Source of the DNA: a virus | Strand: one strand, 5' to 3' | DNA: 64,000 nt | IMG/VR virus record: IMGVR_UViG_3300042914_003763 | Coordinates: 53,114-117,113 of that record | Part shown: positions 31,273 to 41,220 of the stretch, piece by piece | How positions within the stretch are numbered: the first letter of the stretch is position 1 | Layout: each line of letters begins with the position of its first letter | Position numbers and translations under genes: made by a program | Notes under the pieces: generated by a model | Databases searched by the model: none | Told to the model about the DNA's origin: nothing | Seen by the model: only the letters and a program-made list of their open reading frames with translations

Positions 31273-31596
31273 GATAATGTATCTCCAAATAATATTAATA
31301 AGAGATAGAAAAATGGGTGCGTTTTTAACACCCATTAATATTCCTTTCCCTCCACTCTTAACTATCTATCAACATAGTCCCAACATATGCAAATTTTAAA
31401 TCACAAAAAAAATCCCCTTTCCAATTCACAATATACTTCGTGTATATCGCCTATGAAGTTACCTGCTTTATCTGTTTCAATTAATATGAAATCATCTTCA
31501 TCGTTATGAAACAACTTCCAATTATCTTTACCAAACATGAAATCACACATTGCGCTGATTAAACCTTTAACTTGTAATTCAGTCATTTTCTACCTT

Positions 31597-32688
31597 TTAA
31601 TAAACTAATTGCATTTTATGTTTGAAGATATTAACAGCAGTAGGTTCAACTGTTACAAGGAATTTCTTATCTGGAATACCTGTTTCTTCATCACCGTATT
31701 CAGTAATTACACACTTCGTAGTAGTTAATACCTTAGTTATATCACCATAATTCAAACCTTCAACTATAAATGAATCTAATAAATCATAGTTACTATTAAC
31801 TCTGAAACTTTTCTTACATAATAAATCAGCAGATACAATTTTGTTTAATATTAAACATTCTGCTAACTTATTATCTTCTAATATTTGTTGAATAGTAACT
31901 AGAAAGTGTTGTTCGTTGTAATCTAAGTTCATATCTTCAATTAACTTAGATGGTAAATCTTTGTGCATATTAACTTCATTAATTAAAGAAGTAATAGCAT
32001 CAATAGTTAGATAACTTAACTTACCTATTGTCTCAAGTAAGTCGTCTCTGTATTCTTGATACAGTAATAAATCATCCACAATCTCAAATATTGCACTATC
32101 AGGTAATCTATCAAACTTTTTATGATATCTAATACGTCCAGGTCTATTAAGTAAGTTATCATCAATTCGTAATTCATTAGTCGTAAACAAGAACAATCTC
32201 TTATGTACATTAGTGTTAATACCATCTAATAAAGATAACACTTCGCTAACATTATCATCTTCTTCCTGATCGTATATCTTTTCAAATTCATCAAAGAATA
32301 CAATAAGTTCCTGTTGTATTTCGTTAATAAAGTCAGGCATATTAATAAATCTTGCATTAACTATAACAACAGGTAATTGTAATTGATTACAAATCATCTT
32401 AGCCGTAACAGATTTAGATGTACCTTTCATTCCTGAAAGTAATACACCTACGTTGTTATCTACTTTATTCCAAGTTGTAACCACCTTATCTATAAAAGGT
32501 GTATTTAGATCATACAATTTAGAAGGTAAAATAAAAGTTTCTGATTGCTTATCTAAAAACAACCCAAACTTACATTCTTTTAATAAATAAACACCAGCTT
32601 CTAATTCATTTATTTCGGTGTTCTTGTTGTTGTAGAAAAAAGAATTACCACTTAATTGCCATACTTTAGTCATGATATTTATGTCCAA
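31597..32688 (-). CDS. AAA+ ATPase
   Basis: GMKGTSKS, FFDEFEK, LSLLDG, LLNRPGRIRY. Confidence 0.85.
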   Translation of the reverse strand: MDINIMTKVWQLSGNSFFYNNKNTEINELEAGVYLLKECKFGLFLDKQSETFILPSKLYDLNTPFIDKVVTTWNKVDNNVGVLLSGMKGTSKSVTAKMICNQLQLPVVIVNARFINMPDFINEIQQELIVFFDEFEKIYDQEEDDNVSEVLSLLDGINTNVHKRLFLFTTNELRIDDNLLNRPGRIRYHKKFDRLPDSAIFEIVDDLLLYQEYRDDLLETIGKLSYLTIDAITSLINEVNMHKDLPSKLIEDMNLDYNEQHFLVTIQQILEDNKLAECLILNKIVSADLLCKKSFRVNSNYDLLDSFIVEGLNYGDITKVLTTTKCVITEYGDEETGIPDKKFLVTVEPTAVNIFKHKMQLVY

Positions 32689-32743
32689 TTATTTAATTTA
32701 CCTGGATAGAAATGCAAGGGCGACTAAAACCGTCCATTATATA

Positions 32744-33268
32744 TTACAGTAGTGATTCTAGTTGCGTTATTAATTTAAGTTTTTCATCGTTATCATGTAC
32801 TAATAACTGAAGATCCCCTCTTAAATCGTCCATTTCATATTCAATATCATTTTTCTTTTCTTCTAATTCATCTATTCTATTTTGTATTTGAGTTATTTCT
32901 TCTTTATTGTTAGCGATTATTTGTCTTAACTTATCAATTGGACTAACATCTAAATCATCAATACATCTTAATTTAATGTCGTAGTTCAACAAAATGCAAA
33001 CAATACTACGATAACTAAGTTCCCAAGTATCTTGTTTATTCTTACTCGATCCTTGTTCAAGTAGAAATTCCTTATTTCTATTAAGGTAAGGATATAGTGT
33101 TATTTTCTCATATTTGATATGAGTACGTAATACCTTTAATAAGTTACCAACTTTTCTTAGTTCATGTATTTGTAGGTTAAGATCGCTGCATAACCATTTA
33201 CGATTATAAAACAATAACTCTTCAGCAACATCTTCTGTTAATTTAGCTATGTCAAATGTAATTTCCAT
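32744..33268 (-). CDS. Coiled-coil hypothetical protein
   Basis: C-terminal heptad pattern. Confidence 0.5.
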   Translation of the reverse strand: MEITFDIAKLTEDVAEELLFYNRKWLCSDLNLQIHELRKVGNLLKVLRTHIKYEKITLYPYLNRNKEFLLEQGSSKNKQDTWELSYRSIVCILLNYDIKLRCIDDLDVSPIDKLRQIIANNKEEITQIQNRIDELEEKKNDIEYEMDDLRGDLQLLVHDNDEKLKLITQLESLL

Positions 33269-33280
33269 TTTTTCTACCTC

Positions 33281-33505
33281 TTATTTACTGGCTAACCATT
33301 CTAATTCTAATTCAGTAAACACGTTAATCAAGTAACCACTTGTAGCTATATATTCGTTACAGTTACTATCAACTGTTTCATCTTTACACCAAACTTCACA
33401 ATAATCATCTTCATCAACATCTATTCTATTAACGTAATCAGAATAAACTTCTCTAGCTAACAACTCAATATAGTTAGTTAGCTGTTCCTTCGTTAGTGTA
33501 ATCAT
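33281..33505 (-). CDS. Small acidic protein
   Basis: 74 aa, D/E-rich. Confidence 0.45.
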   Translation of the reverse strand: MITLTKEQLTNYIELLAREVYSDYVNRIDVDEDDYCEVWCKDETVDSNCNEYIATSGYLINVFTELELEWLASK

Positions 33506-34413
33506 GTTATTAATCCTAATACTTTAGCAAACCTTGTTATCTCATCTGGTTTAATATGATGACAACCTGCAACAATACCTTTACGACTAATGTGATTAAC
33601 CTTGTAACTACCTACTTGAATAGTTTCACTATAAACCTCATTATATTTAACACAACGTTGATATAACTTGAATAACATTTCACATGAATCAACAGGAAAG
33701 GTTGCACCTTTACTTGTTTCAACTACATCAAAGTAAAGGCGTAAGTAAATATTATCACAATAACAGTAAGGGATATTAACAGGTTTACCATCTAACCAAT
33801 CATGAAACTGCTCTTTATAATACTCTAAATCAAGTGCTAATTTAGTAGCTTTTTCTTCTTCTTCCTTACGTAACCTATCTTCATGTTCAATTGCTAATTT
33901 AACTAATAACTCATCTAGTTGTGTTTCATCTATTCTTTCAAGATGACTAGCATTGAAAAAGCCTATTAGTTGATTAGCTTTAACTAAATAACTCTTAGAT
34001 TGTTCACATAGATAAAGTTTATTTTTTCTAGCTCTATTAGACTTACTTTGTAATTCAGTAGCTTTTTCTATGTAATAGTTGTAGATAAAATCAACTTCTA
34101 CGTTTGATGGTGCTAATAAAGGTTTGCTGTTATAATAACCTCTACCGCTTTCATATGTAAACACTTTTAAATGACTACACGCTAGAATTATAGATGATTG
34201 ATGTTTTTTTGTTGTATTACTGAATGGTTCTACATCTACAACTACACATTCTTCACCTTTACTATTACTACGAAATGCAGCTATTTCTGTACTATAACTA
34301 TAAAAACTTTTACCCTCAAGCCTAACAGTGGTGTTGTAATTAGCCGCATAATCTTGTGATTGATTAGCAAATAAATGAGCTACTTCAGCTTGTTTAACTA
34401 CTGTTCTAACCAT
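33502..34413 (-). CDS. Conserved hypothetical phage protein
   Basis: VAHLFANQSQ, FSNTTKKHQS, ETSKGA, AGCHHI. Confidence 0.65.
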   Translation of the reverse strand: MVRTVVKQAEVAHLFANQSQDYAANYNTTVRLEGKSFYSYSTEIAAFRSNSKGEECVVVDVEPFSNTTKKHQSSIILACSHLKVFTYESGRGYYNSKPLLAPSNVEVDFIYNYYIEKATELQSKSNRARKNKLYLCEQSKSYLVKANQLIGFFNASHLERIDETQLDELLVKLAIEHEDRLRKEEEEKATKLALDLEYYKEQFHDWLDGKPVNIPYCYCDNIYLRLYFDVVETSKGATFPVDSCEMLFKLYQRCVKYNEVYSETIQVGSYKVNHISRKGIVAGCHHIKPDEITRFAKVLGLIT

Positions 34414-34494
34414 GATAATATTCCTGTAATAAAGTTAATGAAATAGAAAAAAATAAGAGGGTTATAAACACCTTCTTATTTAATAACTATTTAA

Positions 34495-35052
34495 CTACTC
34501 TTTGTTGTCATATATTTCTTGTAACTTAGGTAAATCTTCAACGGTTAAATCGTAATCTTCTAATGGGAAATCTTCTCGTAAATAATCTTTCTCGTCTAAA
34601 GCATTTAACATTTTAGTAATATTACTATCATTGCTGTAAGTAGGTATAACTATTTTCAAAGGTTTATCGCTGTGTACATACCCAACTGATATTTCACCTG
34701 GTAGATATTTGAAACAACTACTATCATTAGACCTAATAGGTAACTTATGAAAATTCCAAATAAGTCCATATTCTCTACCGGAAGAACGTTCAGGTTCTAA
34801 CCACCAATCATTACCTACTAAAACTAAAGTATTGTTTTTGCAGTAATCTATTAAATCTAATGATGTATATTCAAACTCACACGAATTTACTGCTAGTAAT
34901 TTAAGTACCCATTTAAAATCTTCCCAAGGACAACTAAACTTACCATCTTTACTACCAATCCATAAAATGTCATCGGTGGTTAGTTTATGTTTAGATAAGA
35001 CATCTTTAAGGTCTATGCTGAAAAAATCTTTAAAATCAAAATACATATACAA
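34495..35052 (-). CDS. Hypothetical protein
   Basis: DILWIGS, LVLVGNDWWLE. Confidence 0.5.
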   Translation of the reverse strand: MYMYFDFKDFFSIDLKDVLSKHKLTTDDILWIGSKDGKFSCPWEDFKWVLKLLAVNSCEFEYTSLDLIDYCKNNTLVLVGNDWWLEPERSSGREYGLIWNFHKLPIRSNDSSCFKYLPGEISVGYVHSDKPLKIVIPTYSNDSNITKMLNALDEKDYLREDFPLEDYDLTVEDLPKLQEIYDNKE

Positions 35053-35060
35053 CTCCTTTA

Positions 35061-35417
35061 TTATTTACCTAATCCAAATTCACTTAACTTATAACCATCT
35101 TTTCTTTTTGGAACTACATATACATCTATGTTGTAATTAAGATTGTACATAAAATCCTTGGCTTGTTCTTCTGTTACACCACTGACTGTTATTACTATAT
35201 TTTCAAAATTAGTAGTAACAACAAGTTGCTTATCAAAATCATAGTAAATAGCACTAATATAGTTAATCTTCATATCATCATCTCTCCAAGTTTCTAACCA
35301 ATTACCATCAACGTCATTAACAAATTGTCTTATACCATCAACACCATAAGTTAATCTTGAATCTTGTAGTTGACGTGCAAATTCAAGATGTTGTTGTAGT
35401 TCACTAATCATAATCAA
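35061..35417 (-). CDS. Hypothetical protein
   Basis: 118 aa ORF. Confidence 0.5.
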   Translation of the reverse strand: MIMISELQQHLEFARQLQDSRLTYGVDGIRQFVNDVDGNWLETWRDDDMKINYISAIYYDFDKQLVVTTNFENIVITVSGVTEEQAKDFMYNLNYNIDVYVVPKRKDGYKLSEFGLGK

Positions 35418-35475
35418 GAGATAGAAAAATAAGGGGTGAATTAGTGTATATCACCCATTATATTGCATTAACTAA

Positions 35476-35706
35476 TTAACTATTTTCTTTTATAAAATTC
35501 AACCAATTATCTACTTCAGTAACATACTTTTCTTTCAACTCTTCAAATGAATTACCGTATGCAAAGAGAAATACTCCGTCGTCATTTTCTTCACCAATAT
35601 AAAGTGCATACCATGAATAAGTATGATTTTTTGTTTCAACAACTACAGCATCATAACCTTTGTATGAAATGGTTAGTCTTTTAATTCCTTCAACGTTATT
35701 ACTCAT
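35476..35706 (-). CDS. HicB-like antitoxin N-terminal domain (orphan)
   Basis: YKGY.A.V...F..GNSFEELKE....VDNWL matches the HicB toxin-binding domain pattern. Confidence 0.6.
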   Translation of the reverse strand: MSNNVEGIKRLTISYKGYDAVVVETKNHTYSWYALYIGEENDDGVFLFAYGNSFEELKEKYVTEVDNWLNFIKENS

Positions 35707-35708
35707 TT

Positions 35709-35984
35709 CTATCTCACTTCTTCTAATGTTACAGTAAGTTCTTTTTGTTCTAATTTAACTCGATAAGATAATGCAGTAGAATAATCAGTTGTTATTACAA
35801 TAGCTCTACCATTAGTAAGTGCTTCTTGAATTATCTTATCGGCAACATCGTAATCATATTTCAATACACTCATTAGTACCTCAACAACATACATAGCAGA
35901 TAAACTACTATCTTCATGTAGTATGATATGCCAGTTGTTATCGTAGTTTGGTTTGATAGACAACAACTCAAATAATGTTTGCAT
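35709..35984 (-). CDS. clpS: ClpS-like protease adaptor
   Basis: WHIILHEDS..SAMYVVEVL...A.KII.EA...GRAIV...ELTVTLE. Confidence 0.72.
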   Translation of the reverse strand: MQTLFELLSIKPNYDNNWHIILHEDSSLSAMYVVEVLMSVLKYDYDVADKIIQEALTNGRAIVITTDYSTALSYRVKLEQKELTVTLEEVR

Positions 35985-36005
35985 AACTAACTCCTGTTAT
36001 GTGTA

Positions 36006-36356
36006 TTAGCTATTAACGTAATCGTACATTTCCCAACACAACTCTATCAAATCATATTGAGATAAAATAGAATTATCGTGACAATAATCACTAATACTAT
36101 TTATTAATTCAATAACATCAATCCATTTTTTAGGATACATATTAACACTAAAATTAGGATCTACTAATCCTTCAGTTGCAATATCATAGAACTTGTTAGC
36201 TAATATCCAGATGTCACGATTAGCTAGTTTAATAGCCTCATCGTTATTGTCAGTCATATAACAATAACGATTTTCTAGTATTTCATATTTAACAATACTA
36301 GGAATTATTTTCTCTATCAGTTTAATCTTATTCCACTTAACATCGTTACTATTCAT
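36006..36356 (-). CDS. Hypothetical protein
   Basis: 116 aa ORF. Confidence 0.45.
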   Translation of the reverse strand: MNSNDVKWNKIKLIEKIIPSIVKYEILENRYCYMTDNNDEAIKLANRDIWILANKFYDIATEGLVDPNFSVNMYPKKWIDVIELINSISDYCHDNSILSQYDLIELCWEMYDYVNS

Positions 36357-36727
36357 ATGTCATCAATACCTGCTTGTAGTAATGCCTCTTTGTAAATGTA
36401 CAACTTATTGTAAGTTGTACGTAACTTCTTAGATGTCTTATTCCACCACAAGTTAAACTTAGCTTCTTGTTCCAAGATGGTTTCTTCTACATTTTCAACA
36501 TAAGCTAAGTTAACATAAGTTTGTTTATGTTCCTTCTGTAAGTAGATATCATTAATAATCCTCTCACATTGTCTGATGATAGCTTTAGCTTCACTAACTG
36601 TAGTTACTTCAGGTAGTTCATCTGGTGACGGACTATCAATTTCAGCATTGATAGGAATATTAATAATTCGTTGTTTTATGATTGGTTTATCTTTAAGCAT
36701 AACAATTAAAAAGGGTGCTATTAACAC
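36353..36727 (-). CDS. Hypothetical protein
   Basis: ORF; probable start MLKDK. Confidence 0.45.
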   Translation of the reverse strand: MLIAPFLIVMLKDKPIIKQRIINIPINAEIDSPSPDELPEVTTVSEAKAIIRQCERIINDIYLQKEHKQTYVNLAYVENVEETILEQEAKFNLWWNKTSKKLRTTYNKLYIYKEALLQAGIDDI

Positions 36728-36751
36728 CCTATAATAAACTAACTAAATCAA

Positions 36752-37408
36752 TTAAACAGCACTACTTCTGGTGCGTTTGGTGCGTCCTGTTGTTGTTACT
36801 TCTGGATCGCTTTCATCGGTTGTTACTTCAGGTTGAGGTTCAATTACTTCACTTTTTTCTACCTTTTGATTATCTTCAACTAAAGGTAGTTCTTCACCTG
36901 TTACTATCGGTTCACTAACATCTTCACCTTCAACTTCAAACTCAACTTCATCAGGTTTAAGTGTTTCGATGAGTGCAGTTATTCTTCCACCATTATCTCG
37001 ATCACCCCAACCACGTTCTTTCTCTGTGACCCAATGTATACCCCGTACACAATCCATCACATCGTAGATTTTGAGATCATCTAATTCGATTAACTGTTTC
37101 GCTTTATCTGCAACTTCAGCATCAATCAGTAAAGATAAAGCGGTAATTAATACCAACATTTTAGCTAAGTCTTGCCTATCACTTTTTGATGGTAAAGATG
37201 ATAATACATAATCCTTAATGTCAATCTTTCTAGCTACTGCTGTACCAACACGTCTACGGCTAGTAGTAGCCATCAACTCGAAATTTGCATCTTCAAAGTC
37301 TTTCTTAGTTCTAGCAATAATATCTTCTGGAACTCCATAACTTCTCATGTTATCCAGTGCTACCAATTGTTCAGGACGTAACATAATTTCTTCTCTGTTA
37401 ATGGACAT
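36752..37408 (-). CDS. Hypothetical protein with acidic low-complexity tail
   Basis: 218 aa; GGAG RBS; PEVTT repeat. Confidence 0.6.
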   Translation of the reverse strand: MSINREEIMLRPEQLVALDNMRSYGVPEDIIARTKKDFEDANFELMATTSRRRVGTAVARKIDIKDYVLSSLPSKSDRQDLAKMLVLITALSLLIDAEVADKAKQLIELDDLKIYDVMDCVRGIHWVTEKERGWGDRDNGGRITALIETLKPDEVEFEVEGEDVSEPIVTGEELPLVEDNQKVEKSEVIEPQPEVTTDESDPEVTTTGRTKRTRSSAV

Positions 37409-37469
37409 GAATATCTAACTCCTTATATATTACTTGATAAAACGGTAGAAAACAATGGGTTAATAAGAA

Positions 37470-37856
37470 CTAACTCATATAACCACTATAACCGCACCAA
37501 ATTGAACTTATTAACTCACCCCTATTGGATAATCGTTTAGGTTTTTGGTTCATCTCGCTGATATAACGATTATAATGGTTTAACTGTATCTCGTACAATG
37601 TTGGTATTTTTATATCTCTAACTCGCTCAACCCTCATCTTATGCCAAACTAACTGAACTCGAAGTGGTATAAACTCTTTCATATACCAATCGCATATTTT
37701 TTCTACCTCTTGTTCTTGTTTTCGTTGTTGTTTAATTAAGCTAACATGATATGCAAATTGAATTACAGCTTCTTCTTCAATTGGTTTCAATATCATGATA
37801 GATGGAAACTTCATGTAAGCAGCATACTCAGAAGTAGCACTTGGTATTTGAAACAT
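37470..37856 (-). CDS. Hypothetical protein downstream of E1
   Basis: 128 aa ORF. Confidence 0.5.
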   Translation of the reverse strand: MFQIPSATSEYAAYMKFPSIMILKPIEEEAVIQFAYHVSLIKQQRKQEQEVEKICDWYMKEFIPLRVQLVWHKMRVERVRDIKIPTLYEIQLNHYNRYISEMNQKPKRLSNRGELISSIWCGYSGYMS

Positions 37857-37909
37857 GATTTAAGTAAGGATGTAGTAGTATGTTGACGCTGTGTGTGAGA
37901 AGCTAGTGT

Positions 37910-38695
37910 TTAGGCTATTGTAATTGGTTCATCAATATCCATACCTGTAATAATTTGATCACCAATCGGATGTCTCCACGCCCATTCACATCTAGGTAAC
38001 AATTTACCGTATTCCATTAAATGAAAGAATACATCGTACCCAAACTGTGATGTACGTTCGTTAGCGGCTAGAGTTTGAGGTTCACTAACATGATTAGTAT
38101 CACAACTACCACCCACTCTAGGCATATTACCAATACTCATATCTATCATATTTGGATACAATATGCGCGGATCTGAACCATATAAAATTTTATTATGATT
38201 CATGGTAGTAACACATTGTCCGAAAGTTGTTGAGTTACCCATATCAATCAATGTCCAATTTTTTGGCTTATTCAAAGCTTCATTGTTATTAGGATCGCCT
38301 TTCAAATACTCCCAAAATAACTTACGTGTAGGATTGTTATCTACACATAAGAATATTAGAGTTTGTGTATAGCTACTTAACTTTTCAATCAGTAAAAAAT
38401 GTACAGAAGATATGTTATTAACATAACTGTTATAATAATCAAAATTGCGTGATCTATTACTTAACATACCGTAACATTCTGCCAATACTTTGGCTTTAGG
38501 TTTGCCGATATCACGTGCATAAAACATCTGACGTGATATGTTTTTCTCTTCAACTACATCTTCATCTACTAAAAAAATAGCAGGATTAATATTCTGACTA
38601 ACAATGTAGTTACATAACTTAGCTAGTAACCTACTACCATTACCACCACATCCTATTATGACAATATTAAAAAATTCTTTTTTTAACTTAATCAT
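37910..38695 (-). CDS. ThiF/E1 ubiquitin-activating-like enzyme (PRTRC ThiF type)
   Basis: IVIIGCGGNG, VDEDVVEEKNISRQ, KPKAKVLA, LCVDN..TR, IDMGN..FGQ, putative catalytic GSC. Confidence 0.9.
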   Translation of the reverse strand: MIKLKKEFFNIVIIGCGGNGSRLLAKLCNYIVSQNINPAIFLVDEDVVEEKNISRQMFYARDIGKPKAKVLAECYGMLSNRSRNFDYYNSYVNNISSVHFLLIEKLSSYTQTLIFLCVDNNPTRKLFWEYLKGDPNNNEALNKPKNWTLIDMGNSTTFGQCVTTMNHNKILYGSDPRILYPNMIDMSIGNMPRVGGSCDTNHVSEPQTLAANERTSQFGYDVFFHLMEYGKLLPRCEWAWRHPIGDQIITGMDIDEPITIA

Positions 38696-38704
38696 TGTAT
38701 TCTC

Positions 38705-39544
38705 CTAAAGTATTTCTAAGTAATTACCTTCTGTCAACTCAATGAAATATGAATCGCTATCTGGTTCATTATCAGTTAGATAGTAACTGCGATTAGTAAA
38801 ATCCAAATAGTGTCGTTCTGGACGTTCATCCAACCATTCGTAACTTATATCTATGTAGTATGAAATATAATCTTCATCCTCATCCTCATCATCATCAGCA
38901 AATACTAACTTATTAGGACTCCACTCTCTAAGTAACTGCTCAACTGTAGGATGAACAACTTCACCATTTATATACAACGACGGTCTGTAATCGCCGTTTC
39001 TAATACAATCCCAAAAATTGTTGTAGGTTTTGTTAATATTTAACTCATCAATCTCTACAGTACCAGTACACCAACTACCTACTGATCTTTCAACATTACT
39101 CAAAGATAAAGCAACGGCTTTATCTTCATGTTCAGTTAAGAAGTAATAAGTATTTCCATCAAAGATCATTAGATGTTCAGGTATATCTCTTTCGACAAAT
39201 CCTATAAATTCACTTTGCTTAATTGCACTTTTCCTTTTACAGTTATCATTACGATAAACATTAATACCACCTATACAATCATCGTATAAACGGTATGAAC
39301 AATCCATACAATTCCGCCAATAAAAATCAACAAATGACTTATCGTAATACTTTAAGTTAACGTTAGTTAATGCCTCCATTTGGAACATGATTATACCGTC
39401 ATTATTGATATCTACATAGTCTTCTTCTGTTACGTAATCATCTTCTTCATCACACCATACTGTCTTTCCTTGGTACTCACTGGCGAATGAATACGCAACG
39501 AAAGCATTTTTACAATTAGCAGGTAGAATAAGTTCCTTTCTCAT
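38705..39544 (-). CDS. Putative prokaryotic E2 (Prok-E2 family D-like) conjugating enzyme
   Basis: LSNV....GSWCTG and FW...NGD motifs; lies between JAB and E1. Confidence 0.6.
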   Translation of the reverse strand: MRKELILPANCKNAFVAYSFASEYQGKTVWCDEEDDYVTEEDYVDINNDGIIMFQMEALTNVNLKYYDKSFVDFYWRNCMDCSYRLYDDCIGGINVYRNDNCKRKSAIKQSEFIGFVERDIPEHLMIFDGNTYYFLTEHEDKAVALSLSNVERSVGSWCTGTVEIDELNINKTYNNFWDCIRNGDYRPSLYINGEVVHPTVEQLLREWSPNKLVFADDDEDEDEDYISYYIDISYEWLDERPERHYLDFTNRSYYLTDNEPDSDSYFIELTEGNYLEIL

Positions 39545-40455
39545 TACACAACTCCTTCTTTTTCTAACTTAGCTATTGCTACTTTAACTTTATCTAATCC
39601 AAACTCTTGAACTAAATATCGCATTTCATCTTCAACACCCCAAGCACTGAAACTTCTTGTGTCAAACAATTCAAAACCATAATCATAATAATTAACTACG
39701 GCTTTCTTCTTACTGCCTTTAGGTAGCCAACTGTACCAATGTTCAGTAGAGGGTTGTACAACTTGATTTATGTATTGCCTAATTACTTGATGTACGTTGT
39801 TATGATAATCAGTTTCAACGATCATAGCAACGTCAGCATTGAAGCTTATATCGCTAACAATTCCAGATATAGCCGAATCAGGTAGAAAAAAGCGTTTATT
39901 CTGTTTATTCTTACCATCATTACCTACTACAGTAAAACACCATTTATAGGTGCGATTAACTAAGTCAATATTACTGATTACACAGTAACCTTGCTTAATG
40001 TGCAACTCATCCTTATCATCAACACCAGATGGATGTTTGATTTGCATCGTATTGTGACTATGAATATGCCAGATATTATCATAATTTGGTAGGTCAGCAG
40101 GATACGACAATGATCTACCTGTCTCTAAATCAACACATGATTGATAATTATAATTGGCACTACCACCTGTAACCATCTGAGTAGGAATGATAACTTTCCA
40201 GTCATTACGGTATTCATCAAAAATGATTCGAGAATGCACCTCTAAGTCTTGTTCGGCATAATCAAGGAATAGTGTCATCAACTTATTCCATAAATCGTTA
40301 GGAACTTTAGGTAAATTAGGATTAAGTTCAAATATTCCCATTACATAATCATCTATACCATCTTCATAAGGTTGATATACAAGATGATTACCATAGTAGG
40401 TTTCAAGTTGTGCTATTGTTTCACCAGTCTTCAATCTTAAATTTGTGTTTGTCAT
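39544..40455 (-). CDS. JAB/MPN+ metalloprotease (Ubl peptidase)
   Basis: Catalytic E in DLEVH, IPTQ.VT, HIHSH...PSGVDD.DE Zn motif. Confidence 0.88.
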   Translation of the reverse strand: MTNTNLRLKTGETIAQLETYYGNHLVYQPYEDGIDDYVMGIFELNPNLPKVPNDLWNKLMTLFLDYAEQDLEVHSRIIFDEYRNDWKVIIPTQMVTGGSANYNYQSCVDLETGRSLSYPADLPNYDNIWHIHSHNTMQIKHPSGVDDKDELHIKQGYCVISNIDLVNRTYKWCFTVVGNDGKNKQNKRFFLPDSAISGIVSDISFNADVAMIVETDYHNNVHQVIRQYINQVVQPSTEHWYSWLPKGSKKKAVVNYYDYGFELFDTRSFSAWGVEDEMRYLVQEFGLDKVKVAIAKLEKEGVV

Positions 40456-40478
40456 GATATGTCTCTAATTAGGTGAGC

Positions 40479-40511
40479 GAAAAAGAAAGGGGCGATCTAA
40501 TGACCTACCCC
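40479..40511 (-). terminator. Possible terminator between the Ubl genes and JAB
   Basis: GGGG/CCCC stem followed by a U-rich tract on the - strand. Confidence 0.45.
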
Positions 40512-40527
40512 TATTGATTACATCATG

Positions 40528-40830
40528 TTAGCCAGCAACACCCGCAGAAAAGCTCACTGCATAGCGTGTACCATTAACGTACTTGCTATTGACATCAATA
40601 GCTACACCATTAGCAACAACAGTATATTCACGATTGATATCAGTACCACTTAATTTAGCAGCTGATTCAATAACATCTTTCACTGTTACTTCATCTTTAA
40701 TTTTAATTTCTCTCATATCAGCGACAGAGAATTTAACGTTAACTACAGCTTCACCATTGAACTCAGTTGTAACTTCTTGTTGTTGAGAAGCTTTAGCAGC
40801 CGCAGCGAATAAACGGGAAAATAAAGACAT
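40528..40830 (-). CDS. Ubiquitin-like (beta-grasp) protein, copy 2
   Basis: Start re-set to ATG after GGAG; TVKDVI..VANG; C-terminal AGVAG; beside JAB-E2-E1. Confidence 0.78.
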   Translation of the reverse strand: MSLFSRLFAAAAKASQQQEVTTEFNGEAVVNVKFSVADMREIKIKDEVTVKDVIESAAKLSGTDINREYTVVANGVAIDVNSKYVNGTRYAVSFSAGVAG

Positions 40831-40923
40831 AACGTACTCCAATTAAATAGGGTAGAACATTGTTATAGTAATCAGTTACGTGAGGAAACACTATGTAACC
40901 GTCTAGTTAACCGATTTAATTAA

Positions 40924-41220
40924 TTACCCAGCGATACCAGCAGAAAAAGAGATAGAATATTTAGCACCGTTAACAGGTTTGCTATTAACATCTACAACTA
41001 CACCGTTACATAATACAGTGTACTCACGTGATGTGTCAACGTTAGCTAGTTTAGCTTGAGATTCTATAAGTTGTTTTACCGTAGTAGCATTACCTACTTT
41101 AACTTCTCTTTCATCTGCAACTGAATATTTAATCTTGACAGTAGCTTCACCATTGAACTCAGTTGTAACAGTTGTATCAGGATTAGTAAAGTTCTTAAAC
41201 AGTTTGGCAAATAAAGACAT
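40924..41220 (-). CDS. Ubiquitin-like (beta-grasp) protein, copy 1
   Basis: Paralogue of 40528; TVKQLI..LCNG; C-terminal AGIAG. Confidence 0.78.
   Translation of the reverse strand: MSLFAKLFKNFTNPDTTVTTEFNGEATVKIKYSVADEREVKVGNATTVKQLIESQAKLANVDTSREYTVLCNGVVVDVNSKPVNGAKYSISFSAGIAG

Noticed and set aside
37910-38695. ThiF/MoeB as a thiamine or molybdopterin biosynthesis gene
   Set aside because: No thi/moa neighbours; adjacent JAB, E2-like and Ubl genes favour conjugation
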